From NCBI GenBank assembly GCA_030638325.1, contig DAOWEV010000113.1, positions 1-52,229 on the forward strand: a stretch of 52,229 nt of DNA, written 5' to 3'. The notes beneath the pieces are model-generated. The model had not been told where the DNA came from, did no database searches, and saw nothing but the letters and a program-made list of their open reading frames with translations. Below, piece by piece: positions 24,676 through 33,806 of the stretch. Source of the stretch: Bacteroidales bacterium (GTDB lineage: Bacteria; Bacteroidota; Bacteroidia; Bacteroidales; JAGOPY01). Position 1 is the first letter of the stretch. The number at the start of each line of letters is the position of its first letter. Position numbers and translations under genes: made by a program.

Positions 24676-25785
24676 TCAATTTTCAGTTTGAAAGATTTTT
24701 TCCAGCCTTTCCCTTAAATCCTCTCCCTGAAGATTTTTTGCAATAATATATCCATCTTTGTCGAACAGCACATTTGAAGGAATAGACCTGACCCCATACA
24801 ATTTTCCTGCAGCATTGTTCCACCCTAAAAGATCTGAAACCTGATGCCAGGAGAGATTATCATCGTGAATGGCTTTCATCCATCTTTCTTTGCTTGTATC
24901 AAAAGAAACCCCAAGAATATCAAAACCCATATCATGAAAGTCGTTATAAATAGCTACAAGATTCGGATTTTCAGCCCTACAGGGACCACACCAGGAAGCC
25001 CAGAAATCAATTAGCAAATAATGCCCTCTTATCAGGGAAGAGACAGGTACAAACAGGCCACTTGTGTCCTGCATGGTAAATGCGACATAGGGCTGGCCAA
25101 TATTTACCCTTTTAAGGGTTTTAATGTAGCCGTTTAGTATAGCAGTATAAACTGATGCCTTCAGGGGCTCTTCATAGTTAGATACAATTTCCTCAAGATC
25201 AGGGAGTTCAAACTGATAAGAGTTCCTATATGTAATATATGGAGTAATGGCATTTGCGTTGTTAACCAGCACGAAATCTTTGATGAATGCTTCTTTTTGA
25301 CCATATTGAACCTCGAAAAGAGAATCATAATGTTGCTCCTTATCTTTATCGTTCAACTCTTTTGCTTTCTTATAGAAGGTATATGTCTCACCTATCATAA
25401 TGTCGAACCGCTCTTTTTGATTCAGGTAAGCCTCATAATCCGACTGGGTTTTAGAACCGGATATTTCAGAGTTATCAAGATCATCAATTTTTATATTCAT
25501 CGTAATTTCAGAAGGTTCCAGGAAAAAAGGGAGAATAATCTTAGTTTCCGGGATCCTGACATAATATAATTCAGGATATTCAATCGTTCCTTCAAAAAGA
25601 AACCTGTTCTCAATTATTAGAATGGAATCATGTGTATTGAATATACCCTCTTCTCTTGTTTGAAGAAAAACATAACCCTCCAACTCTTTGTCAATAGTTC
25701 CGTTGAGCGCAAAATTAATATTCGGTTCATGAGAACAGCCGGCAAATAACAGTATGATTATTGTAATAGAAATTAGGTTTCTCAT
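24676..25785 (-). CDS. TlpA-family thiol:disulfide oxidoreductase lipoprotein with an N-terminal DUF4369-like domain
   Basis: Lipobox LLFAGC and thioredoxin motif DFWASWCGPCRAENP. Confidence 0.85.
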   Translation of the reverse strand: MRNLISITIIILLFAGCSHEPNINFALNGTIDKELEGYVFLQTREEGIFNTHDSILIIENRFLFEGTIEYPELYYVRIPETKIILPFFLEPSEITMNIKIDDLDNSEISGSKTQSDYEAYLNQKERFDIMIGETYTFYKKAKELNDKDKEQHYDSLFEVQYGQKEAFIKDFVLVNNANAITPYITYRNSYQFELPDLEEIVSNYEEPLKASVYTAILNGYIKTLKRVNIGQPYVAFTMQDTSGLFVPVSSLIRGHYLLIDFWASWCGPCRAENPNLVAIYNDFHDMGFDILGVSFDTSKERWMKAIHDDNLSWHQVSDLLGWNNAAGKLYGVRSIPSNVLFDKDGYIIAKNLQGEDLRERLEKIFQTEN

Positions 25786-25827
25786 AATGCGGTAGTTTTT
25801 TTATAACAGGTTGATAAAACAGGCTTG

Positions 25828-25835
25828 CAAAACTA
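25828..25835 (-). promoter_or_regulatory. Candidate -7 box TAGTTTTG (minus strand)
   Basis: 42 nt upstream of ATG 25785. Confidence 0.4.
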
Positions 25836-25874
25836 TAAAAAATATTTAAGGTTGGGGCGCGGCTTGTTGGGGCA

Positions 25875-25924
25875 CGGCTTGCACGGGCAAGCCGCATACA
25901 ATAGGGCACGGGCAAGCCGTGCCC
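25875..25924 (-). terminator. Two tandem GC-rich hairpins directly after the mreD stop
   Basis: GGGCACGG-GCAAG-CCGTGCCC (25904-25924) and CGGCTTGC-ACGG-GCAAGCCG (25875-25894). Confidence 0.55.
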
Positions 25925-26434
25925 CTACTTCTTCCTATAAAATAAATATTGCGCGATCAGGATAAAAACAAGGCTGAATATACTGCTTAGTATAACCATC
26001 AGGAAGGTTGAGAAGAACTCGGAAAAACGAAAGATCTCAAGATAAAATAATACGAGATGATGCAAAAAAACCAATGAACCGGAATATGTGAAATACCATA
26101 AAAACCCAAAATTTCTTATACTGGGTTCAATGTCGGGTTCCAAATCATCTTTGACACTTAACAACCTGATGATACCAGGTCTGCAGAAAGCCATAAAAAC
26201 AGTAGCTGCAGCATGTATACCCAGGGTACCGGAAAAATAATCAATACTGATCCCCAACAAGAACCCCAGTACCAGCAGAAACCATTTCCGGATACCGAAG
26301 GGTAGTGATAAAATAAACAACACATAAAAATATGGATTGATATAGCCGCTGAACTGTATTTTATTCAGGAGGAATACCTGAATCAGGACAAGTAATGCAA
26401 AGCGGATGATATTTTTCAGTACAGGGCTATTCAT
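25925..26434 (-). CDS. mreD: Rod shape-determining protein MreD
   Basis: Small polytopic membrane protein immediately downstream of mreC, overlapping it by 8 nt. Confidence 0.65.
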   Translation of the reverse strand: MNSPVLKNIIRFALLVLIQVFLLNKIQFSGYINPYFYVLFILSLPFGIRKWFLLVLGFLLGISIDYFSGTLGIHAAATVFMAFCRPGIIRLLSVKDDLEPDIEPSIRNFGFLWYFTYSGSLVFLHHLVLFYLEIFRFSEFFSTFLMVILSSIFSLVFILIAQYLFYRKK

Positions 26435-27242
26435 AAATTGGCGTCATATTATGTTGCAGGAGCTCTTCCCTGAAATTATTACGGATCACATATACATAAT
26501 AAAGGCTGCTGAAATCTGTTGAGAACCATAGGGTTCCTGTATTGAATAATTGATCTTGTCTTTCGATAAACTGTTCTGTAATACCTATATGAATACCTTC
26601 CGGAAAAATATGTGAATGGCCACTGGTGATAATAGTATCTCCCGGATACAATTGAATATGTGTCGGAATATCTTCTATATTGCCGGTCCTGAAGTTTCTA
26701 CCACCCCAGGAAATACTCACCATTTGATTGTTTTTCTTTATTTTCCCGCTGATACGTGCATCTTTATGTAATAATGACATAGCCGTGCTGAAGTTTTCAG
26801 AAACCCCCACTATAATACCGGCAATTCCTTCTGTTGAAATAACGCCCATATCTTTTTCAATACCGTGAACTGTTCCCTTGTTTATCATGAAATAGTTATT
26901 TCTTCTATTGACAGAATTTGAAATGACCTTTGCACAGATATAATGAAAGACCGTATCCTGGATCAAAGAAGGCCGACAACTAAGGTTTGTATCAACTTTT
27001 ATCATGGAATGCAAACTAACATTTTCTTCTGCCAGTAATTCATTTCCCTTTTTCAGGTATAAATATTCTGTGATGTCAGCATATACCTGGTTCAGGTTGC
27101 CAGTGATCCGGTTGGTCGAACGGATGATAGAGGATCTTTGATAATAGCTGTTGTTAAAGATCAGGGTAAAACACAGAGCCTCTAACATCAGGAATAAAAA
27201 GAAGAAATAATTTTTCAGGAAAAATGCCAGTAGATTTCTCAT
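26427..27242 (-). CDS. mreC: Rod shape-determining protein MreC
   Basis: N-terminal TM helix, coiled-coil, then a beta-barrel domain. It sits between mreB and mreD. Confidence 0.75.
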   Translation of the reverse strand: MRNLLAFFLKNYFFFLFLMLEALCFTLIFNNSYYQRSSIIRSTNRITGNLNQVYADITEYLYLKKGNELLAEENVSLHSMIKVDTNLSCRPSLIQDTVFHYICAKVISNSVNRRNNYFMINKGTVHGIEKDMGVISTEGIAGIIVGVSENFSTAMSLLHKDARISGKIKKNNQMVSISWGGRNFRTGNIEDIPTHIQLYPGDTIITSGHSHIFPEGIHIGITEQFIERQDQLFNTGTLWFSTDFSSLYYVYVIRNNFREELLQHNMTPIYE

Positions 27243-27282
27243 GATATATTAATTCCTCATAACCGTCAATGAAATGTGTGGG

Positions 27283-28305
27283 TTATTTGATCAAAAAAGT
27301 AAATTTATCAAAATTTTTCAGTGCGATACCGGTCCCTCGTGCAACGGCCCTCAACGGGTCTTCGGCAACGTGGACCGGGAGTTTTGTTTTTAGGTGTATA
27401 CGTTTGTCCAGGCCTCTTAGCAGGGAACCACCTCCCGCTATATAGATACCTGTTCTGTATATGTCTGCCGATAATTCCGGAGGAGTCATTTCCAGGGCGT
27501 TCAGGATGGCTGCTTCGATCTTGGAAATAGATTTATCAAGAGCATGAGCGATCTCGGCGTAGTTGACAACGATTTCTTTGGGTATTCCGGTAAGCATATC
27601 CCGGCCATGCACCGCATAATCATCAGGCGGATTGTCAATTTCTGTCATGGCAGCGCCGACTTCTATCTTTATCCTCTCAGCGGTTCTTTCCCCTATATAG
27701 ATATTGTGTTGTTTGCGCATATACTCTTCAATGTCTGAATTAAAATCGTCTCCGGCTATGCGAATGGATTTATTATTGACAATGCCGCCGAGGGCTATCA
27801 CTGCGATCTCAGAAGTTCCACCACCAAGATCAATGATCATGTTGCCTGTTGGCTCAAGAATATCAATACCGATACCAATTGCGGCAGCCATAGGCTCATG
27901 AATCAACCTGACCTCTTTCGCCCCGGCTTGTTCGGCTGAATCTTTAACGGCCCGCTCTTCCACCTCTGTAATTCCTGAAGGAATGCAAATAACCATTTTT
28001 AATGCCGGGGAAAATATTGTATTTTTAAATCCGATCATTTTGATCATTTCACGGATCATATATTCAGCGGATTGAAAATCAGCAATAACCCCATCTCTGA
28101 GTGGGCGGATTGTCTTTATGTTTTCATGGGTTTTGCCATGCATCATCATGGCTTTTTTTCCAACCGCAATGATCTTTCCGGTGTTTCTCTCAATGGCAAC
28201 AATAGAAGGTTCGTCTACCACAACCTTGTCGTTGTAAATGATGACGGTGTTGGCAGTACCGAGGTCTATAGCCACATCTTTTGTAAGAAAAGAAAAGAGT
28301 CCCAT
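27283..28305 (-). CDS. mreB: Rod shape-determining protein MreB
   Basis: Actin-fold motifs DLGTANT, DLGGGTSEIAV and GIYIAGGGSLLRGL. Confidence 0.92.
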   Translation of the reverse strand: MGLFSFLTKDVAIDLGTANTVIIYNDKVVVDEPSIVAIERNTGKIIAVGKKAMMMHGKTHENIKTIRPLRDGVIADFQSAEYMIREMIKMIGFKNTIFSPALKMVICIPSGITEVEERAVKDSAEQAGAKEVRLIHEPMAAAIGIGIDILEPTGNMIIDLGGGTSEIAVIALGGIVNNKSIRIAGDDFNSDIEEYMRKQHNIYIGERTAERIKIEVGAAMTEIDNPPDDYAVHGRDMLTGIPKEIVVNYAEIAHALDKSISKIEAAILNALEMTPPELSADIYRTGIYIAGGGSLLRGLDKRIHLKTKLPVHVAEDPLRAVARGTGIALKNFDKFTFLIK

Positions 28306-28336
28306 TATTTATATATATTAAAATCAGTTTATCAGG

Positions 28337-29851
28337 TCAATGTCTAAAATGGCGCGTACCCGTAAAGACCATAGCCAACTTATGTTCATTGCAAAAATCA
28401 ATGGAATTTTGATCCCTCACAGATCCACCGGGTTGAATAACAGCCCTGATCCCGGCATTAAAAGCAATCTCTACCGAGTCTGCAAACGGAAAAAAAGCAT
28501 CTGATGCCATAACGGCATTTTCAAGGTCAAGACCAAAAGCTTTTGCTTTTTGAATGGCTTGTTTCAGCGCATCAACCCTGGATGTCTGACCTGTTCCGCT
28601 ACCAATGAGTTGTTTGTCTTTTACCAATACTATAGCGTTTGATTTAGTATGTTTAACGATCTTGTTTGCAAATAAAAGATCTTCAATACTACCCTCCCCC
28701 GGCCTGGTGCTTGTAACTTCCTTCAGATCGGCAGGGGTCTCCGTTTCATTGTCTTTTTCCTGTTCAATGACCCCGTTTAAAATAGATTTGAACTGTTTCT
28801 CCGGAAAGAGGAAAGATCTTTGTTGCAAAATTATTCTATTTTTCTTGCTTTTAAGGGTTTTAAGGGCATTTTTTTCATATCCCGGAGCAAGTATTATTTC
28901 AAAAAATAATTTATTTATCTCTTCAGCAGTTTCATTATCAATATTTGTATTGCATACAAGTACACCCCCGAAAGCAGATACCGGGTCTCCCGCAAGGGCA
29001 TCTTTCCATGCATCAGATAAAAGGGGCCTGCTGGCCAGGCCACATGCGTTATTATGTTTAAGTATTGCGAAAGTTGTCTCGTTAAATTCTTTGATAAGAT
29101 TCACGGCTGCGTCCAGATCGCCAAGATTGTTGTAGGAGATAGCTTTCCCGTGAAGTTGTGTAAAAACTTCCTCCAAATTTCCGTAAAAAATACCCTTCTG
29201 ATGAGGATTTTCACCATACCGGAGTACCTTTCCGTGAGCAAAACTTTGCTTGAAGGCATTAAGTCTGCCTTCATTCATGAAACCAAAGATGGAGGTGTCA
29301 TAATCAGAAGAAACATGGAAAGCATGGGCAGCAAATACTTTTCTGTCTTCCAGGTCGCAATATCCTTGCTTCGATGCCAGCAGGCTGATAAGGTCATCGT
29401 ACTTATCTATTGAAGCCACCGTGAGCACATCTTTATAATTCTTGGCCGCAGCGCGGATCAGGGATATCCCGCCAATATCGATTTTTTCAATGATGGTTTG
29501 TTCATCATCTGTTGAAGCAAGTGTTTCTTCAAAAGGATAAAGATCAACCACTACAAGATCCAATTGCGGGATATCGTATTTTTTGGCCTGTTCCCGGTCT
29601 TCTTTGAGGCCTCGCCTGAAAAGTATCCCACCAAAAATTTTTGGATGTAGTGTTTTAACCCGCCCCCCGAAAATGGATGGATAGTCGGTGATTTCTTCAA
29701 CGGGAATGGCATCTATTCCCATATTTTTGATGAAATCATAAGTGCCGCCGGTAGAATAAATGCCAATACCAAGATCATTCAATAATGTAACGATCTCACC
29801 CAGCCGGTCTTTATGATAAACAGATATTAAAGCATTTTGGATTTTGATCAC
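28337..29851 (-). CDS. purH: Bifunctional AICAR transformylase / IMP cyclohydrolase
   Basis: ALISVYHK...STGGT...VKTLHPKIFGGIL...FRH C-terminus. GTG start. Confidence 0.92.
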   Translation of the reverse strand: MIKIQNALISVYHKDRLGEIVTLLNDLGIGIYSTGGTYDFIKNMGIDAIPVEEITDYPSIFGGRVKTLHPKIFGGILFRRGLKEDREQAKKYDIPQLDLVVVDLYPFEETLASTDDEQTIIEKIDIGGISLIRAAAKNYKDVLTVASIDKYDDLISLLASKQGYCDLEDRKVFAAHAFHVSSDYDTSIFGFMNEGRLNAFKQSFAHGKVLRYGENPHQKGIFYGNLEEVFTQLHGKAISYNNLGDLDAAVNLIKEFNETTFAILKHNNACGLASRPLLSDAWKDALAGDPVSAFGGVLVCNTNIDNETAEEINKLFFEIILAPGYEKNALKTLKSKKNRIILQQRSFLFPEKQFKSILNGVIEQEKDNETETPADLKEVTSTRPGEGSIEDLLFANKIVKHTKSNAIVLVKDKQLIGSGTGQTSRVDALKQAIQKAKAFGLDLENAVMASDAFFPFADSVEIAFNAGIRAVIQPGGSVRDQNSIDFCNEHKLAMVFTGTRHFRH

Positions 29852-29900
29852 GGCTTTTTTATTTTTTGCAGAAAATCCTGTTCTGTTTTCACAGAATCTT

Positions 29901-29908
29901 CAAAATTA
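29901..29908 (-). promoter_or_regulatory. Candidate -7 box TAATTTTG (minus strand)
   Basis: 49 nt upstream of purH GTG 29851. Confidence 0.4.
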
Positions 29909-29983
29909 AATCATATTTCAATAAGTTATTGTATAATTTTACAACTTCTATTGTTTGCAGCCTGATTAATTCATTGTAAACTT

Positions 29984-30160
29984 GTAACTATTTAGGTGGT
30001 TAATAAATTTGTATGCATTAGTTTATTTTGTCATAAATAAGTCATTTAATGGTCATTGATGGTCATTCGATGGTCATTCAATTGAGAACGAAGCAAATGA
30101 CAATAGAATGACAGCGAAGCAAATGACGAATGAGACATGAATAGAGCATTGCTAAATAAT
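29984..30160. repeat. Right copy of the long inverted repeat (177 bp)
   Basis: See the left copy. It contains GTCATT at 30041, 30052, 30062 and 30073, and AATGAC at 30096, 30107 and 30122. Confidence 0.85.
30004..30011 (+). promoter_or_regulatory. Candidate -7 box TAAATTTG inside the right inverted-repeat copy, reading toward the FtsX permease gene
   Basis: 166 nt upstream of ATG 30178. The leader would contain the GTCATT/AATGAC array and a 14-codon uORF. Confidence 0.35.
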
Positions 30161-30181
30161 TACGTAGACTATACATTATGA
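30137..30181 (+). other. Candidate upstream ORF MNRALLNNYVDYTL* whose TGA overlaps the permease ATG (ATGA)
   Basis: The first 8 codons are shared with the left repeat copy (20820 downward), where they are in frame with the MORN gene. There is no direct evidence of translation. Confidence 0.3.
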
Positions 30182-31422
30182 AGATCTTCATAAAGTTACT
30201 GAGAGAGAGTTTTTTATTTGCAATGCATGAAATTGCAGTCAATAAGATCCGGACTTTCCTTTCACTGCTTGGCATAACCATTGGGATATTCTCGATCATT
30301 TCTGTATTTACCATTTTTGATTCCATGGAAAGTGAAATCAGGGGCAGCATAGATTCTCTCGGAAAGGATGTTTTGTTTATTCAGAAATGGCCGTGGGTTA
30401 TGGGAGGGGATTTCCCCTGGTGGAAATATATTAACAGGCCTGAGCCTACACTTTCCGATTTGCGGGAGATAAAGAAGAGAAGCCAGTCTGCCGAAGCCAG
30501 CGCTTATATGACAGGCGTATCAAGAACAGTTAAATACAGGAATAATAGCATTGAGAACAGTACCATTCTTGCAGTATCCCGGGATTTTGGAAAAGTCATG
30601 CCGGTTGATATTGAAATAGGCAGGTTTATCAGCCCTGCTGAATTTCTGAGCGGTAGGAACGTGGCTGTTATTGGAGATGATATTGCCTCAAATTTACTAC
30701 GCACCGCGGATCCGATAGGTAAAAAAATCAAGGTTTTTGGAACCAGGATAGAAGTCATCGGCGTGATGAAAAAAGAGGGGCAGGATATGTTCGGCAGCTC
30801 TTCCGACGACCAGGTTATTCTTCCTGTCAGGTTTGCAAGGAACTACATTGATTTAAAAAATACCGGTGGAACCATCGTCGTAAAAGCCAGGTCTTTTGTT
30901 TACCTTGACGAATTAAAAGATGAGCTGACCGGGGTCATGCGATCGGTACGGCGGCTGAAGCCCAGAGCTGATAATGATTTTGCCATCAATGAGATTGATA
31001 TCATCTCACAAGGATTGGACGAGTTATTTGGAGTCATTGCCTGGGTGGGCTGGATCATAGGTGGTTTTTCTCTATTGGTAGGTGGCTTTGGAATTGCCAA
31101 TATCATGTTCGTTTCGGTCAAAGAGCGTACCAATATTATAGGAATACAGAAATCATTAGGCGCAAAAAACCATTTTATCTTACTACAGTTTCTGTTCGAG
31201 GCAATTTTCCTTTCACTTATTGGGGGGTTGATCGGGCTTATCATTGTTTTTTTACTTACAAAGATTATCGCGGGTGTTTTTGATATGAGCCTTGCACTGA
31301 CAGAAGGAAATATTTTATTAGGTATTATGGTTTCGACCTTGATAGGATTTATCTCAGGTTTCATTCCCGCCTGGAACGCTTCCCGCCTGGATCCTGTTGA
31401 AGCCATGAGGTCTTCTTTCTAA
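30178..31422 (+). CDS. ABC transporter permease, MacB/FtsX family (no ATPase partner adjacent)
   Basis: MacB-like periplasmic domain followed by FtsX-type TM helices (ERTNIIGIQKSLGA). It is a paralog of 44211-45458 and 45476-46747. Confidence 0.8.
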   Translation: MKIFIKLLRESFLFAMHEIAVNKIRTFLSLLGITIGIFSIISVFTIFDSMESEIRGSIDSLGKDVLFIQKWPWVMGGDFPWWKYINRPEPTLSDLREIKKRSQSAEASAYMTGVSRTVKYRNNSIENSTILAVSRDFGKVMPVDIEIGRFISPAEFLSGRNVAVIGDDIASNLLRTADPIGKKIKVFGTRIEVIGVMKKEGQDMFGSSSDDQVILPVRFARNYIDLKNTGGTIVVKARSFVYLDELKDELTGVMRSVRRLKPRADNDFAINEIDIISQGLDELFGVIAWVGWIIGGFSLLVGGFGIANIMFVSVKERTNIIGIQKSLGAKNHFILLQFLFEAIFLSLIGGLIGLIIVFLLTKIIAGVFDMSLALTEGNILLGIMVSTLIGFISGFIPAWNASRLDPVEAMRSSF

Positions 31423-31477
31423 ACGAAAAACCTTTCTTCGATTATCCCATGATTATTGTCTATCTTTACAAATTCGT

Positions 31478-33232
31478 ATGGAGAAACGTTGGATTTTAAA
31501 AGAACAAGGTGATGTTGAAACGGTCAAATCTCTGGCCACTCGTCTTAATATTGATGAAAGACTCGCCAACCTCTTGGTACAAAGAGGAGTGACGACATAT
31601 GATGAAGCCAAAGCCTATTTTAGGCCAAAACTGGATTACCTTCATGACCCTTTTCTGATGCAGGATATGGACAAAGCTGTTGAACGTATTAGGCATGCGG
31701 TTGACAATAATGAAAAGATCATGATTTATGGTGATTATGATGTTGACGGAACAACAGCAATAGCCCTTGTTTATACTTTTCTTAAAGAATTTTATAATAA
31801 TGTTGAGTTTTATGTTCCTGACAGAGACAAAGAGGGTTATGGTATTTCTTATATGAGCATTGATTTTGCTGAAGAAATTGGTATATCCCTTGTAATCGCC
31901 CTGGATTGCGGTATAAAAGCTGTCGAAAAGATCAAATATGCCAACACAAAAAACATTGATTTTATCATTTGTGATCATCACAGACCGGGAGATACCCTTC
32001 CTGAGGCTGTAGCGATACTTGATGCAAAACGTCAGGATTGTAATTATCCCTATGAAGAATTATCAGGCTGTGGTGTTGGCTTCAAGCTGATTCAGGGATA
32101 TTCAATGAGAAATAATATTCCTTTTAGCAGATTAAAAAAATTCCTCGACCTGGTAGTTGTCAGTATTGCTTCAGATATAGTACCCATCACGGGAGAAAAT
32201 AGAACCCTGGCATATTTTGGACTAAAATTTCTGAATGAGAACCCCAGACCAGGTATTGAGGCCATTCTTAATGTAAGCAGACGGCAGCAAAAAGGATACA
32301 ATAAACTGATTCCTAAAATAAAGCGTGATCTAACCATCAATGACCTGGTTTTTATGGTGGGCCCCAGAATCAATGCTGCAGGCCGTATTGAAAAAGCGAG
32401 CAATTCAGTAAAACTTCTTATTTCGGATGATCCTGCTGTCGCATATAAACTTGGAGAACAAATCAATGAACTGAACACCGAGAGAAAAAGTCTTGACTTA
32501 TTTGCTACAGCCCAAGCCCTGGAAATGATCCGGACGGATGAAAAACTACTGCAAAATAAAAGCACTATTGTTTATGACCCAGGCTGGCACAAAGGAGTAA
32601 TTGGCATAGTAGCATCCAGGTTGATAGAATCATATTATAAACCTACTATAGTCCTGACTTTATCGGATGAGTATATCACGGGTTCGGCAAGATCTGTGAA
32701 AGGGTTTGATATTTACGATGCTGTGGACTCCTGTGGAGATTTGCTGGAACATTTCGGAGGCCATACATACGCTGCCGGACTATCGCTGAAGCCGGAAAAT
32801 CTTGAAGAATTTAAAAAAAGATTTGAAGATTATGTGGCTGCAAATGTGGATGAAAAAATGCTGCAACCCGAGATCGAAATTGATGCCCGGTTGATGCTCA
32901 AGCATATCGATTACAAGTTTTACAGGATCATGAAACAATTTGCCCCTTTTGGGCCAGGTAATTTATCGCCGGTTTTTCAAACCGATAACCTGATCGATTC
33001 AGGAAATGCGCGCATTGTTGGGAACAATCATCTAAAGCTTAGTGTTGTTCACCTGGATATAAGTGGATACCCCATCTCGTCTATCGCTTTTCAACAAGCA
33101 GCCCAGCATTATGACTATATCAAGGGAGGTAAGGCTTTCAATATCTGTTACCATATTGAGGAGAATGAATGGAACGGCAGAAAATCCCTCCAACTGAATA
33201 TAAAAGATATCAAACCGGAATTAGAAGAATAA
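31478..33232 (+). CDS. recJ: Single-stranded-DNA-specific exonuclease RecJ
   Basis: DHH motifs (IYGDYDVDGTT, DHH at ICDHHRP) and a DHHA1 region (GGHTYAAG). Confidence 0.9.
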   Translation: MEKRWILKEQGDVETVKSLATRLNIDERLANLLVQRGVTTYDEAKAYFRPKLDYLHDPFLMQDMDKAVERIRHAVDNNEKIMIYGDYDVDGTTAIALVYTFLKEFYNNVEFYVPDRDKEGYGISYMSIDFAEEIGISLVIALDCGIKAVEKIKYANTKNIDFIICDHHRPGDTLPEAVAILDAKRQDCNYPYEELSGCGVGFKLIQGYSMRNNIPFSRLKKFLDLVVVSIASDIVPITGENRTLAYFGLKFLNENPRPGIEAILNVSRRQQKGYNKLIPKIKRDLTINDLVFMVGPRINAAGRIEKASNSVKLLISDDPAVAYKLGEQINELNTERKSLDLFATAQALEMIRTDEKLLQNKSTIVYDPGWHKGVIGIVASRLIESYYKPTIVLTLSDEYITGSARSVKGFDIYDAVDSCGDLLEHFGGHTYAAGLSLKPENLEEFKKRFEDYVAANVDEKMLQPEIEIDARLMLKHIDYKFYRIMKQFAPFGPGNLSPVFQTDNLIDSGNARIVGNNHLKLSVVHLDISGYPISSIAFQQAAQHYDYIKGGKAFNICYHIEENEWNGRKSLQLNIKDIKPELEE

Positions 33233-33262
33233 TAAAAGCAAAAAACACCAAACTGCTTTTAT
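33232..33262. terminator. AU-rich hairpin between convergent recJ and the DUF308 gene
   Basis: ATAAAAGCA-(13 nt)-TGCTTTTAT, a 9-bp stem. Confidence 0.35.
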
Positions 33263-33795
33263 CAGTTGTCTTTATCCAGGGCTTTGAGCCTGAATGAAAA
33301 AAACAAAAGAAAAATCCCCACAATTATTGAGATAATACCGGCGACATAAACCAGGGCAACAGCTGTCTCAAAGGGATTCCGGAACATGATAATACCGAAG
33401 ATCATGGTCAGCAACCCATTGATAATAACCAGATAACGATCCTGTTTAGGCTCCCTGATCCTGAATGCAATGATCAATTGTACAATCCCGATGATGATGG
33501 CCCAAAGGCCTATCACTATGACAAAAACAGTTAATGTTTCTTTGGTAAAAAAGAAAATGATACACCCAATTACAATTGCTGTGACAGCCTCCGTAAGAGG
33601 TATTGTATAGGGTTTATCATGCTTTTTATTCGTTAGCGCCACGATCAGGATAATAATACCTGCCAACAGGACAAGCAAACCGAAATACTTAGCGACAAGC
33701 TGAATGGTTCCTTCGGGAACAAAAAGGGCAAAAAGCCCGAAAATAAGGGCTATCGCCCCGTTAATAGCAAAAGAAGACCAGTTAGTTACTTTCAT
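33262..33795 (-). CDS. DUF308/HdeD-like membrane protein
   Basis: Six hydrophobic helices with repeated G.xx.xxG.xxl patterns typical of DUF308. Confidence 0.55.
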   Translation of the reverse strand: MKVTNWSSFAINGAIALIFGLFALFVPEGTIQLVAKYFGLLVLLAGIIILIVALTNKKHDKPYTIPLTEAVTAIVIGCIIFFFTKETLTVFVIVIGLWAIIIGIVQLIIAFRIREPKQDRYLVIINGLLTMIFGIIMFRNPFETAVALVYVAGIISIIVGIFLLFFSFRLKALDKDN

Positions 33796-33806
33796 AATAA
33801 ATGTGT

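Noticed and set aside
28605-29413. Plus-strand ORFs of 176 and 119 aa. Similar antisense ORFs occur at 19786-20412, 30900-31406, 31496-31981 and 32092-32565.
   Set aside because: All are antisense to strongly supported genes (purH, the MORN gene, the FtsX permease, recJ).
29852-29983. A possible ZTP (pfl) or purine riboswitch upstream of purH.
   Set aside because: I could not find the conserved ZTP core (GGGTCGTGAC...CCGCCTGGGCA-like) or a purine-riboswitch junction. The region holds only a candidate -7 box and AT-rich sequence.
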